From the NCBI GenBank assembly GCA_965645245.1, contig OZ287081.1, positions 1,798,001-1,862,000 on the forward strand: DNA of 64,000 nt, read 5' to 3'. Below are positions 49,670 to 61,241 of this stretch, in pieces (positions within the stretch are counted from its first letter, which is position 1; every line of letters starts with the position of its first letter). The translations under genes and the position numbers were made by a program. The notes under the pieces are model-generated. The model saw only the letters and a program-made list of their open reading frames with translations, ran no database searches and was not told where the DNA came from. This DNA comes from Massalongia carnosa (Eukaryota).

Positions 49670-50373
49670 TCATGTGAAAGGTTGACAGATGTATCTATCA
49701 CCACCGATCTGTGCATCCTCAACAGCTTGCGCCATCTTGAGTCCAACAACTGGGTCCCAGCAGCCGCAGAAATGGATAAAAGGTGTGGAGATAAGTGGAT
49801 TTTTGTAGAATGCAGTGTACTTCTTCCTTTGCCCCATCAGAGCACCATAGGTGATTCCAAATTTTAGTTGGGGATGATCTAGAATCTCGAGCGACCGAGG
49901 ATATTGAAAACTTTCAGGGAACTCCCCTGGGCGCGCCTGAACGCTTCTCTGCGTGGCTCACCTTCCAGAAGGGAAGCCACCATTACTGCTAGGAGTGCAC
50001 CTTGTGAGAAGCCCAAGATTCCATCGAACGGCCCCTCTGTTCTCAGGATATCTGCCAACGCGTCCAAACTTTCGACAAACCCTTTAGGTGGGTCCCGGGT
50101 ATCGTGCAGCGTGTGCCAAGCGTATGCATCGATATCGTCGGGGTCGGGTTCGTCATTAAGGTAAGGGTTTTTATCGCTGGCAGGTGGCTCTGACTGTCGT
50201 GAGCTGACACCCAGCGCTTTTTCGCTGGGTCGGAGTCGAACTACGCCTGTAGGGAAATAGACTTGGGCGCCGGGGAAAATGTTTTCGAGGTGAGATTGTA
50301 GCTTGCGAATTTTTCGTTGAAATCCAGGTCCGCTTTGGGTGTAGCCATGGAGGGCCAGAATTTTTACAGCCAT
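49670..50373 (-). pseudogene. FSH1/LovG-family serine hydrolase (esterase), frameshifted and 3'-truncated
   Basis: ILALHGYTQSG and EGPFDGILGFSQGA; after a 1-nt frameshift near 49918 the frame continues HPQLKFGITYG...FIHFCGCWDPVV and stops at 49670 before the catalytic His motif. Confidence 0.85.
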
Positions 50374-50851
50374 GACAGTGATTCAGGAAGTATAATAATC
50401 AGGAGAGAGTATCAGGATCACACAGGCACCCTCCAGATACAAAGCATACAAAATTATTTGAAATGCTAAGCAAAATTCATTACATTTGTACGTTGGATCT
50501 TCAGCGTTCTAATATGCGTATGCCAATTTTTTTCCCCTAAGTCTTAAGCAAAGAAATGTATGTCGTATGCAAAGTCAAACATGACGGACACTCATAAGAT
50601 CGAAACAAGGAGACGGAGGAGTTCAGAACGCGGCAAAGCAGAGTAGAAGGGCTGGGATGTGGGCCATTAATAACAGGAAAACGACCAGACTGTCACTTAG
50701 CAAAGTGAGGTTCCGCCACACACATTGCCACGAAAGAGAATGGCTGGATGTGGGCTTTCAAGTTTCACATCACTTCAATTACTTGCAACGCCCCCGCGGA
50801 CTGAAGGTCAGCTTGTTTCGTCTTCAGGCTCCACCGCCGGCCTTATTTTCC

Positions 50852-53800
50852 CGAGGTGCTTAGGGACAGCCCCCCCCCCCTGTGTAAATCTTTGCTAGTA
50901 AATAGCCATTTCACAGCTCATCCAGGGTGCGTACAAGCTAGTATTGCAACTGCCAACAGCAAATTAAACTCTTTTCGGTTTAAATCGTATGACGTTTTAT
51001 TGCTACTAATAATTACCCTACTCGGTCTGATAAAGCATACCCTCACCCCACCCTCACCCTCATTTACCATTTGCCCTTGCCCTTGTCCTAATCCTTTGCC
51101 CTCACTAAATCTCCCCTTCCACTTATGCTATACCTCATATTATATATTTTACTACTCCTCATCGCGATGGAGTTCGATCCTACTTCTTTGGATGCACGGA
51201 AGCAACATGTCATTGCCCTTCTTACCCAACCTCATCTCCTCCCTCCGCAAGAGAATGAGTTATTTTCGTCTTGGGAGGAAGCAAAGACTCGTCTTCAAGA
51301 CTATGCCTTCACCCAAGGCTTCGCGTTGGTCACAGAAACTCACGATAAGAAAAACCATTTAATCGTATTAGACTGCACACGCCACCACAAAAGAGTTAGA
51401 AACACTAGAAAAGTAGAGGAGGAAGACCGGGTGCGAGCCAATACCAAAGTTTCGTTCAATGAGTGCCCTTATCGCCTCCGTCTCAAAAAAAACAAAGACA
51501 ATGCATGGAGACTAATAGTCACTAACTCCGAGCACAATCATGAGATGGCCACTGATCCCTTTGCATTCAGAGAACATCATAGTAGGGACCCTGATCGAAC
51601 AGATGCCCTAGATCAAGGGAAGAGTCTCCGTGCATCATCAACCCAATATGACCAAGCAGCGAGAATATTAGGAATCCAAGGACTCCGTCTGTCGAGGAGC
51701 GATTATTATAATCTCGCTCATTCGGAGGGAGCTCACACGCCTGAAGAAGAGCTTATTTTTGCCTTGGGCTCGTTGAAAGACAGGGGCTTTCATGTACGGT
51801 GTAAGGAAAAATATATTGTTAAGAATAATGTGCGTGAGAGACGGGTGATAGAACAATTTTTATTTTGCAATGCAAAGCAAATTAGGCTGGCTCGACGTTT
51901 CGTGGGTGGGTTTTTATTAGAAACGGATGCAACATTCAATACTAATAAATTGAACTTGCCTTTAACACCGACCTTTGGTTTCCCGTCGCTTATTGCTATA
52001 TAACTTCCGAATCGGCCGAATGTTTCACTTTTATTTCGAATGTATGAAAGAGTTGATTTTTCATGATGATTGCCCCGGGCCTGGGGTGATTCTCGGGGAT
52101 TTTGCAGCGGGGTTGACTGTAGCCATGCAAAGAAAAGCTAAAGCTCCGGCAATTGATCTCGATGCTGCATTGACCATTGCAAGAGAGGTCGCCGAAAATC
52201 TAAACCAATCAACGATGAAAGCGGGCGAGGATAGATGCGTTTTGCAGCTGTGCACGTGGCATGCGGCCGAGGCAATAAAAAACGACTGATCAAGGCAGGA
52301 CAGTATCCCCAAGAAGTGCGCAACAAGCTGGAGACTCTTATTTGGGATTATATAAAATCCCTCACTATTGATGAGTTGGATGAGAGACGAAGAAAGTTGC
52401 TGAATGAACTTCATCCCGCAGAAAAGGTTAGTAGTGATATATCAAATTAAATTTCAAGCGAGTTAGGGCTACTGCTAACGCTACCTCTTTCGCAGGATTA
52501 TCTCATGAATTTCTATCAACGTCAAGAAATTCAATTCGTGCATGAATATACTACTAAACTCCCTAATTTAGGCGCACACAGCACACAGCGTTCAAAAGGT
52601 CTGCATCCATTGGTTAAAAATGTGACTAATAGAAAAACTCTCATAAGACAATCGGTGCAGAAAATATGTGATGAGGTGCGGAAAAAACAATTAGATCAGG
52701 AGATTTTGTGCAATCAACAGCGAATACGCAATCCTAGATTGATCGATAGAAATGCTTTTACGCTACTCATTGGGAAAACTACGCATCATGCCATTGGCCT
52801 CGTTTCAAGAGAACTCGATGCCGCCAAATCATTAGCTGAACGAATCCTTTCTATTGTCCCTGATGGTGGAAGCTGTGTTTATGATTGTGAATTGCCTTTA
52901 AGGTACGGTCTCCCATGCAAATGCTGGTTGTATAAATGCATCATCGACTCGGTCTCTATTCCCATTTCCCTCATCCACCCCCGCTAGTTTTTTGATGGCC
53001 CACCTTATGCGGTCTCTTGGCAAATGACCTTCGATTTCGCTTGCGGCTCGGAGCCCGAGGTCGAAAAGATCGTCGATGAGGTCGAAGGGACGGGAGAGAT
53101 TGAGGCGGATAAGGATGAGGTCGAGCTCGAAGAAGGCGTGTTGAGTGAGGATAGATTTCGCCGCGGGGGCCTTGATTTGCTACATTCTGTGGCATATCAA
53201 TCTATTGACCTGCATCAATCAATAGAAGATTCTCGTCGAAGGGAGGAGAACGCTCGCGAGCATGCTCACATCGTTGAAAAGTTCAATAAGAAATGGCAAA
53301 AGAAGGAGCTGGTAAGACCTCTCATCCCCACCACATTCCCCGACGAAATTCGGCCCAAAAAAAACCTCATGCATAAGAAAGGAGGGAGTCGTCGACGTGC
53401 CTACACTGGTCGCGAGGCAGCTGAGGCTAGAGAAACTGAACAGCGACGTATTAGGCGAAGGAACTCTATTGAACAAGGGAGGAGGCTTAGATATAATAGA
53501 TTGCGTGCTGGGGGCGACGATGAGGTTGAAGGTGAAACAGAAGGTAAAATTCACGATGTTGCAAAGTTATTGCGCTCGGGTCTGCTAATATTGGGTACAA
53601 TAGGTTTAGGAGAAAACTTAGTTATGGAGAGAATCGAAAACGCGTCTATCGTCTCCGACGACGATGACGAGGTGCAGTATATAAGCACTCAGCCCATTCT
53701 CGGTCGTTCTATGGATCCTATACTTCCTTCGGATGACGATAATGATGTTATTCTTACATCAGAATCCTCGTCGGATTCGCTCGAAGATATTGACGATGTG

Positions 53801-54289
53801 CTTGCCAAGCATAGTCAAAAAGCCCTACCTCAGGCAGCGCCGGCTCCATCTCTTTATAGTCTTAGCCAAAACGTGCGCGCCAGTCAAATTCTCCCTACTT
53901 CCTCTGCAACAACGCGAAGGTCTCGGGGTGTGGCGAAGAAATCAAAGGCTCAGTTGGAGTTGGAATCTCAGCAAAGAGTCGAGAAATCAGTCAAACAGGC
54001 TAGGGCTCAAGCGAGAAAGGAAACGGCGATGAGAAAGGTGGCTAAAACCATGAAGCCTAGAAAAGATGATGTATCGCAATTGGCTGACGAGTTTTTGGAG
54101 TTGAAATCATCGCAATAGGTAGATTTGTAGGTGTTGAATACACTTAGTCAGTAACAGCAACATTATTAATACGTAGTGTAACTGCTAGCTTGTACGCACC
54201 CTGGATGAGTAGTAAATTGGCTGTTTACTAAAGATTTACACGGGGGGGGGGGGGGTACGGTCGGGGGGCGACTGTCCCTAAGCACCTCG
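50852..54289 (+). mobile_element. Second Mutator/MULE family element (FAR1-like N-terminus), degenerate transposase about 51167-54118
   Basis: About 90-100-bp TIRs CGAGGTGCTTAGGGACAG... / ...CTGTCCCTAAGCACCTCG; ETDATFNTNKLNLPL, LQLCTWHA and YGLPCKC; frameshifts; no TSD. Confidence 0.9.
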
Positions 54290-56016
54290 AGTACGTAGTC
54301 CTTGCCCATTCTTTTGACGCCGGCGAGGGCTTCGTCGAAAGTGATATATTCCAGAGCGCCCCATTCTTCGGTAATGAAGTCGTTCACCGAATTACCCTCG
54401 GGGTGGGAGAGGTGATGAATACAGCGCCATCCTCCGTTTACTTGGGGACCAGGCCTAAGGGGGAGCATATATATCTGGCTGGTAAGGTGGGTACCTCGAT
54501 CAATCGGTTCTTGACCCTCTGGTCCTCTACGTCCATGGTCAAAATTTCTGGGGCCGCGTTGGCCGAGGCCAGGTTGTTGCTTAGAATGAACTGATCTGGG
54601 CCGGTGTAACCAATTTTGGCCCCGTACACGATTATATCGTGAATGGTCTGTTTGTAATTTTTTTTTCCGGATGACCCATGAGGTGAAGTTCCCAGCCTTG
54701 TTTTCTTAGAGGTCCTGAGGGTACGATTGCTGATTTATCTATCAGCGGATAGGGGAACCCTTCGGCGATATGATCAAATGGGCCGGCTAGTCAATCTCGT
54801 CTACCCGTTGACATGAAATTTGGGTTGCTGATATGTGCCTTGGGGCAGTTGTTTTTCGTGTGATGGCCGAAACAGAGACTGCAGACGTGAGGGTACCTGC
54901 AGTCCTTGCATTCCCGCCCTGCGTTGTATCGATTGCAGGACATGGGCTTTGATTCAGTGGAGCCGCCTACCGGGATTGATCCCGGGTGCTGTTTGGTGGT
55001 ACCTCCCGTCATGGACAAGTTAGGTGTCCGTCGAGTAAGGTACATGTTTTCGATGGTGGTGTCGATTCTCCTCCATCCGGCCGGGTCGTTCACTCCCTGG
55101 TACACTCGACCCCTGTGGAAGATTATATGAAACACCCGTACTGACTTCCAGGTGTAGATGGTGTAATGTAACAACAAGCGGGCCTGATAGATTTGAAAGG
55201 CCCTACAAAGACTGTCTTTTATTCCGGATGGTGCCAAATGAAGCAAGACTTGTCAATACACCCCGAGGCAGCGAATCAGGTGGGGTAGTCCCTTGATGTC
55301 TCCTGGTGACGCGTCGTCTTCAGTTTCAGTGGGCAGTAGCTGGTTCGGGTGAGGAGTGTGTCCCTCCTACCTATCCTCGGGGACTGTGTTTCCCTCCCTT
55401 ATACGCTGAATGGCCGCCAAGTTGTCGGCGATTTGTTTTTGAAGGTGAAGGTCTCCTCCTGCCTGAGGGCTGTCGCCGTAGCCTTCTGCTGAGCCCTGAG
55501 ATCCAACAGCAGGTCCGGGTTGGTTTCGGTGTTCGGTGGACGTCTATCACATCGCCCCCAAGTGTTCCCTCCGAATCTTGAGTGTTCGGAGGAGGCAGTG
55601 TTTCTGGATATGGCTCCTCTCCTAGGGGGTCGGGTGGAACGAGTGGGACGTTGACCGGGCCTGGAGGTGTTTTCGGAGTGGACGGAGGGCGATGGGAAGG
55701 CATGATGGGCTCAGTGTGGAGGTAATATAGGATGAGAAGTGGAGGTGATTTGGAATGATGGGATTGGGGGTGGGTAATTGATAGATGTTTTTAATTCGGA
55801 AAAGACTTTCAAAAGACCTTTTGGGGTTGAACTCCGAATCAATGGTGATGATGAGGAGAAGAGTGCCAAAACGCCACCTATTTATGCCCTTTCTCTCCCT
55901 TGCTTGTTCAACTATTTTGGGCATCATCCTTCCTTCGACCTTCGGCCTTCGTCGGCTATCCACGGCATGCCTCCACTCGGTCCCGGCATTACCTTTCACC
56001 CTAGCCGAATTATTAC
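54290..56016 (-). mobile_element. 5' part of a DIRS/Ngaro-like (tyrosine-recombinase class) retrotransposon, truncated in RT
   Basis: gag-like frames from 55703 ending in the Cys/His motif CNRYNAGRECKDCRYPHVCSLCFGHHTKNNC; RT N-terminus YGAKIGYTGP, CSPLGLVPK and WRCIHHLSHPEGNSVND; the recombinase ORF itself is absent. Confidence 0.75.
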
Positions 56017-57610
56017 AATGACTCTAATGACAATAATAGCGACAGCAATCATGACGGCGAGAGCGACAACATGAGTGTTCATACTGACATAAGTGACTGG
56101 AATAGATTCAGTGATCGTTCTTTTTTTTTAAGTCTCGCAGATTCTCGGCTCAAAACGATGAAGATATTGCGACCGAGAGCGACAAGAGTTTTACATCTCA
56201 TGGCGACAAAACTATTACCCTCGAGAGTAAAATGAATTCTTCATCTCGATCTCAATAGTCGTCAATCGTAACAGACTCATCAGAAGAGACTAAGGAAGAG
56301 CAGAAGAACTATGCTCGTTGGGCTATTGAATGATTAGACATGGACGAGGCACAGTTACAACAATTTCAAAGGTTTGATATGAATCAGACGTTTGCTGGAA
56401 CACTACAGAAACATAGAAATTACAAACGTCGCTTTCCAGAGGTGGCCGAAGAAGATGCTCGCAAAAAACGAATACTTTATGCTAAACAGGTACGTACTCA
56501 CCTTAAGAGTAATTCATGGCTAATCATTGAGAGCAGGGTCGAAGATATCTGACAGAGCGACAGTATCAAATTATCGTTCCTCATTCGAGCATATAGCTCC
56601 AGCTCCATCGTCGCATACTTCAGTTCTTAGAAAGTTGTTCACCAGCCCATTATGGACGTATCCTCAAAGACAATGTCCTCTTCCTCTACGCATTCCATTA
56701 GGAGAGCCAACACCACTTTCGGAAGGAAAGAGAACACCAGTGGGCTATGATTCTGATGACTTTCCGTACGAAAAAGACGATGCATTATCGGAAGAGAGAG
56801 AGGAAGTCGAGAATACATTAGCGGAAGAGCGACAGGAAGCTGATAATTGTTGGAATACTCGCTTAGCCCCATTAGTTCTAGCTCAGCCCTGCAGGCTGCC
56901 ATGACTGCTATAAGCAGTCACCTCCGTAGTAATTTCAACATTATGCCGTCAACTGTTTATTTGACAATAATATACTAGTGGAAGAGCAAATTTGGAGCAT
57001 GCTAGAGAAAGGTAAAGAACGTGACCAGGCACTGATCTCACCTCGTAAATCTAGATCTGGACGAATATTGAAACCTACTGTGAGAGCGCAAGAAGCTTTA
57101 CACACAAAGCATGCCAACTTAGCGAAGGCAGCTTTAGAAAGCTCTAGAGAAGTGTCATTGACTGACACGACAAAGGTGAGGGACAAAGCCGAGTCAATAG
57201 ATGGGTCTAGAGATTATCCTTACAGAGAGAAAGGATAAGCAATCGTGTTTTCTGTCATGAAGTGACAGAGCATCTGCCGGCTAGCTATGTTTCATGTGCC
57301 ACTTCTTCGGAGGCGATTTTTTTGGTGAAGGAATGACATATCGAAACATGAGTCTGGGGATTGGAAATTAGATCATGATATTGTATCATGATGTTTTCCG
57401 TATATTTTTGTATAGGTATCTAGTCGCTTTTCCTCGTGCTTGTCATTTAATCGTGCGGTCGCAATATTCCAAATGACCCAAATGACCTCTTTCAATTAAT
57501 TACAGTTCTTGGGGGTCATCCTGACAGCGCCAGAAGCAAAATTACGTGTACATTACGGTAATTGACCCCTAAACAACCCCAGGCAAGATGGGGTTATTTG
57601 GGGTCATCTC
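56015..57610 (+). mobile_element. 3' half of a second copy of the first MULE (matches about 15340-17092)
   Basis: Collinear high similarity to 15340-17092 with substitutions and indels; right boundary approximate. Confidence 0.9.
56848..56966. mobile_element. 119-bp solo-LTR-like insertion
   Basis: TGTTG...TGACA with exact TSD ATAAT; absent from the paralogous site at about 16207 (gataatatactag). Confidence 0.88.
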
Positions 57611-58281
57611 AGTAATTTGCCGTTTTTTTTTTTATTTCGATTCGTGTAAAAATTCACGATTTCCTTTTTGAAAGAATTCATTCAAAGGAATTTTTCGTCT
57701 TCTGGGGCTTTATTATTCTGCCAATCGTGTGTGGTAGCTTTCTCTGCAAGGATTAATTGTTACTCACATACAACTCCCGTATGACAAAGCTGAGAGGTGG
57801 GGTGTTGGGGGTCATGCATTTCCCGTTTGCTTCTTACACAAGATGCTTTCATTTGTCGTCCGACCTAGCCTCACATTGTCTGAAAGTGGAAGAGCTCCAG
57901 ACAGGGATTTGGTTCCCTCAAATCATGCTAGTGATGCGGCTTTTATCAGCTGCAGGACATCGAGTCAATGAGATGATTAGTACACCTAGCAGAGCACTCG
58001 TGCCTTTCTTTCACTTTCATTTAGTGCCTATAGCAGAGGCTGAATGATTGCTGAATGCAGGGTCTTGTAGCGTTTTCATCCATCCCCCTGATTTTTCCTA
58101 TTAGTTGTGATTGCTTGAAGAGACCCGATGTGTTTTGCACTTGGAAAATTTCCTCAGTTTGTTTTTTATCTCTTCATATGCCAATGGGAACCAAACATTC
58201 AAAATTCAGTTTAAGTATGTCAAAGTTATTCGTTTTGTGACATAGCTAATAAGTGAACGAGCAGGATATATTCAGGGGAGT

Positions 58282-59979
58282 ATGTATTTCTCACAACCAC
58301 TATCGATTCCTTCGCTGCTGCTGGCGCCGATGATAATTGCGTCGACACAAGCCGCCCCTCTCGAAAGCCCCCCTTCTCCTCCGCTTCAATCAATCGATGA
58401 TGCAATCAGAACCTCTATTTTAAATGTTACCGCAGAAGCTTTCGAGCCTCCATGGGTGCCAGGTCCTAGTCAACGCGGTACCCTCTCGCTTGTCTTCAGC
58501 TGCGCCCTTACGTTATTTCTGTGCGTCTGGACGACGGTACACGTTAACATCGAGCCCGAGGGAAATTATAATAACACTCTATTCCGCTTGTTTCCCGGCT
58601 TGGGTCGCAGATCCGGTGGCGCGCCAACCAAGTCCAGCAGGGCCGTCGGCTACTTGCTGGCCAACAAAACGGTGCGGAAACTCGGATGGGGTTTCGTAAC
58701 ATTGATTGTGCCGGAGGGTGCCATGACTATCGCCGCCTATGAGCGGAGAACGGCGCATAGGCTTCGCAATGAGGTCCGAAAGATTGAGGGCTATGAAAAT
58801 TTTGACCTTCTCCTAGCTTATTATTCTATAATGGGAGGCTTTGTCATTCAGAGCGCAGGGATGATCATGGAACATGGCGAAGGGAAAGTCTCGATGGCTG
58901 GTGGAAAGGATGTGGGAATTGAAGATGAAGAAGCGATCAGAGAAACCATACCAGCTCTTATGAGCAACGAGGAAGAAAAGACCACCCAAGCCGTGTCCTC
59001 CGTATCGGAAAACAAAGAACTGCATCCTTCGAAACTCAACCCACCCAGGGATGGTCACGACAATCTTCAATCCACAGCCAATTTTATCCCGCTCAACGAA
59101 CCCCTCACATTCACCCCACACGGCGTCTTGCAACTCGCACGTTGGGATAAGCTGCCTCCAATAACCTCTGCCCAAGTCCAAGATAAAAGCAATGCCAACA
59201 CTCTCGCGAAGCTACTGGTCTTTTGGCAGGCCCTCTGGATGATCGTTCAGGTCATCGGCCGCGCTGCCGAGAAACTCCCTGTGACTTTGCTCGAGCTCCA
59301 CACCGTTCTCCATACCTTCTGTGCTGTCGCCATGTACATTACCTGGTGGGCCAAACCTGTCGATATCAACTATCCTACCCTCGTGACGGGACTCACCCCC
59401 GACCAGCTACATGATTTACGACATGGAGTCGAGGATTCGAACCCGACCAACCCCTTTGCGGGGCCGAACGGGGACGACCCCATCGACAAATCCTATTTGA
59501 CCTCTCGCGCCGGGCTCGGCAAGCTCATGTATCAGAACTTGGCGGGGGAGCAAAACGTGCTCCTCCACTACTTCGACGTCATGACAACAGCCTACACCAC
59601 GCTTTGGATTTCGCGAAAACGCATCTGGCGCGAAGGCCTCTCCATCTCGCTTGTCGGCCTCACATACGGCGGCGTGCATCTCGCCGCCTGGAACAACACT
59701 TTTCCGACAACGGCCGAGAAAATCCTCTGGCAAGTCGCCGCGCTCGTGACGGCCATCGCGTGGTCGACGTTCGTGTTATCGCTGTGGCTCAGCGTCTTCG
59801 TATCCCGGCAGTCCAAGGGACTGGGGAGGATCTGCGGGATCGTATTCGGGATCGGGGTGTTTCCTTGTCTTGCCGTTAGGGGCTACCTGTTGGTGGAGGC
59901 ATTCCTGGCGCTGAGGAAGTTACCGGTCGGGTCTTATCAGATTACCAAGTGGGCGAATGCTTGGCCGCATGCTTCGTGA
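58282..59979 (+). CDS. Uncharacterised multi-pass membrane protein with signal-peptide-like N-terminus
   Basis: 565-aa intronless ORF; recurrent fungal family motifs RGTLSLVFSCALTLFLCVWTTVHVNI, QDKSNANTLAKLLV, LLELHT, WWAKP, YGGVHLAAWNNTFPT and LLVEAFLALRKLP. Confidence 0.85.
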   Translation: MYFSQPLSIPSLLLAPMIIASTQAAPLESPPSPPLQSIDDAIRTSILNVTAEAFEPPWVPGPSQRGTLSLVFSCALTLFLCVWTTVHVNIEPEGNYNNTLFRLFPGLGRRSGGAPTKSSRAVGYLLANKTVRKLGWGFVTLIVPEGAMTIAAYERRTAHRLRNEVRKIEGYENFDLLLAYYSIMGGFVIQSAGMIMEHGEGKVSMAGGKDVGIEDEEAIRETIPALMSNEEEKTTQAVSSVSENKELHPSKLNPPRDGHDNLQSTANFIPLNEPLTFTPHGVLQLARWDKLPPITSAQVQDKSNANTLAKLLVFWQALWMIVQVIGRAAEKLPVTLLELHTVLHTFCAVAMYITWWAKPVDINYPTLVTGLTPDQLHDLRHGVEDSNPTNPFAGPNGDDPIDKSYLTSRAGLGKLMYQNLAGEQNVLLHYFDVMTTAYTTLWISRKRIWREGLSISLVGLTYGGVHLAAWNNTFPTTAEKILWQVAALVTAIAWSTFVLSLWLSVFVSRQSKGLGRICGIVFGIGVFPCLAVRGYLLVEAFLALRKLPVGSYQITKWANAWPHAS

Positions 59980-61241
59980 GACGATTGGAGAGAAACGCTG
60001 ACCGGGGGGGGATACATCTGGGCATGGCGACTCGATGAGTTTTGGGATTGGATTTGAGAATCGGGGACTGGAGAGGTCGATCGTATGAATTTCTTTCATA
60101 CTTCTTCAGAAACCCGAACTAACAACTTCAACAGCGAACAATTCATGAATCGTTGTGTTTGAGGGGAAGGGAACGTGTGAGTTGTAGCGGGGAGTTTAGG
60201 CAAATTCGCACTTGTCCATTTACTTTCATCATCCTATCGCTTTCGCCATGCTTCTTCCTCCCTCCCCCCTCCCAACCACTCGTAACGGGACGAACAGCAA
60301 CAGTCATCATCACAACTCCCCAGTCAATTTCCACTCCCACTCCCACCCCCATTTCCTTCTCTCGCCGCCCCACTCCTCGTGTAAATCACCAATCCTTTTT
60401 CTCCTCCCCCCAAACCACAATCATGCCATTGATGGGAAAATACACACATCTCACTTCAATCAAAGTGTTCTCGTTAGTCAAGAAGGATTCGAGAAATTAA
60501 GATGTTGGGACGTCGTATCGCATGCTCAATAGTCGAGAGAACGGAATCGTATTTCATAGAGAGAGTTAGGATAAGGAAAAGATGCGGAAGGAGGGGTCCC
60601 TCAACCCCGCACCTCTCGTCATCTTCGACTCCTGTACAGAAACTCCAGTGACATGGCAATTTCCGTCGTTGGGCTCGCGGGAAAATCGGGTATATTTAAC
60701 GGTTTGGGGGCGCGGCAGGACGTTCGTAGCTTTGAGGTGGGGGGTTGGTTACATCGGCAGTGCACTCTAAACGGGCGAATTTGGAAGGAAGGAACGAGGA
60801 GAAGGTTTCAAAAAGATGCTACGACGGGAAAATTTCCAGGCTTAAATAGCGCTCGCAATATACAGTCAAAATTAGATGATCATCCCCTTGTCCTCCTCAA
60901 ATCCTCGCTCCTTCAAGAATCTGTACATGTCCTTTACAAATTCCAAATTATCAGCTGAATTTGGTGAACGGAGTGGTATCGTACCGTCCGACGAGCAGTA
61001 TTTTCCGAGATAATCGCAAGTGTTTTTGCCCACCGTTGAGAATGCTTCGCGATTACGCGACTCACGTATTTCCCCCCTTTTCTGGGAATAGCTTCCAGGA
61101 CCCTTATCCCTCTTTCGTGGATCGAGCGACGTGAAGTTCAACGTCGCTGGTCAGTGGGGGTGACCCTATTCTTGTCCTGCGAAAACGCGCATCGTGAGCA
61201 AATGTAGGTCAAAACCTAGCACGTGGAATACAAACTCGAAC

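Noticed and set aside
11500..57610. Whole island as a Starship-type giant transposon
   Set aside because: No DUF3435 tyrosine-recombinase captain ORF or element boundary is recognisable in the window; the content is explained by nested ordinary transposons.
60143..61141. Several short ORFs between the two membrane-protein genes
   Set aside because: No motifs and no consistent spliced frame.
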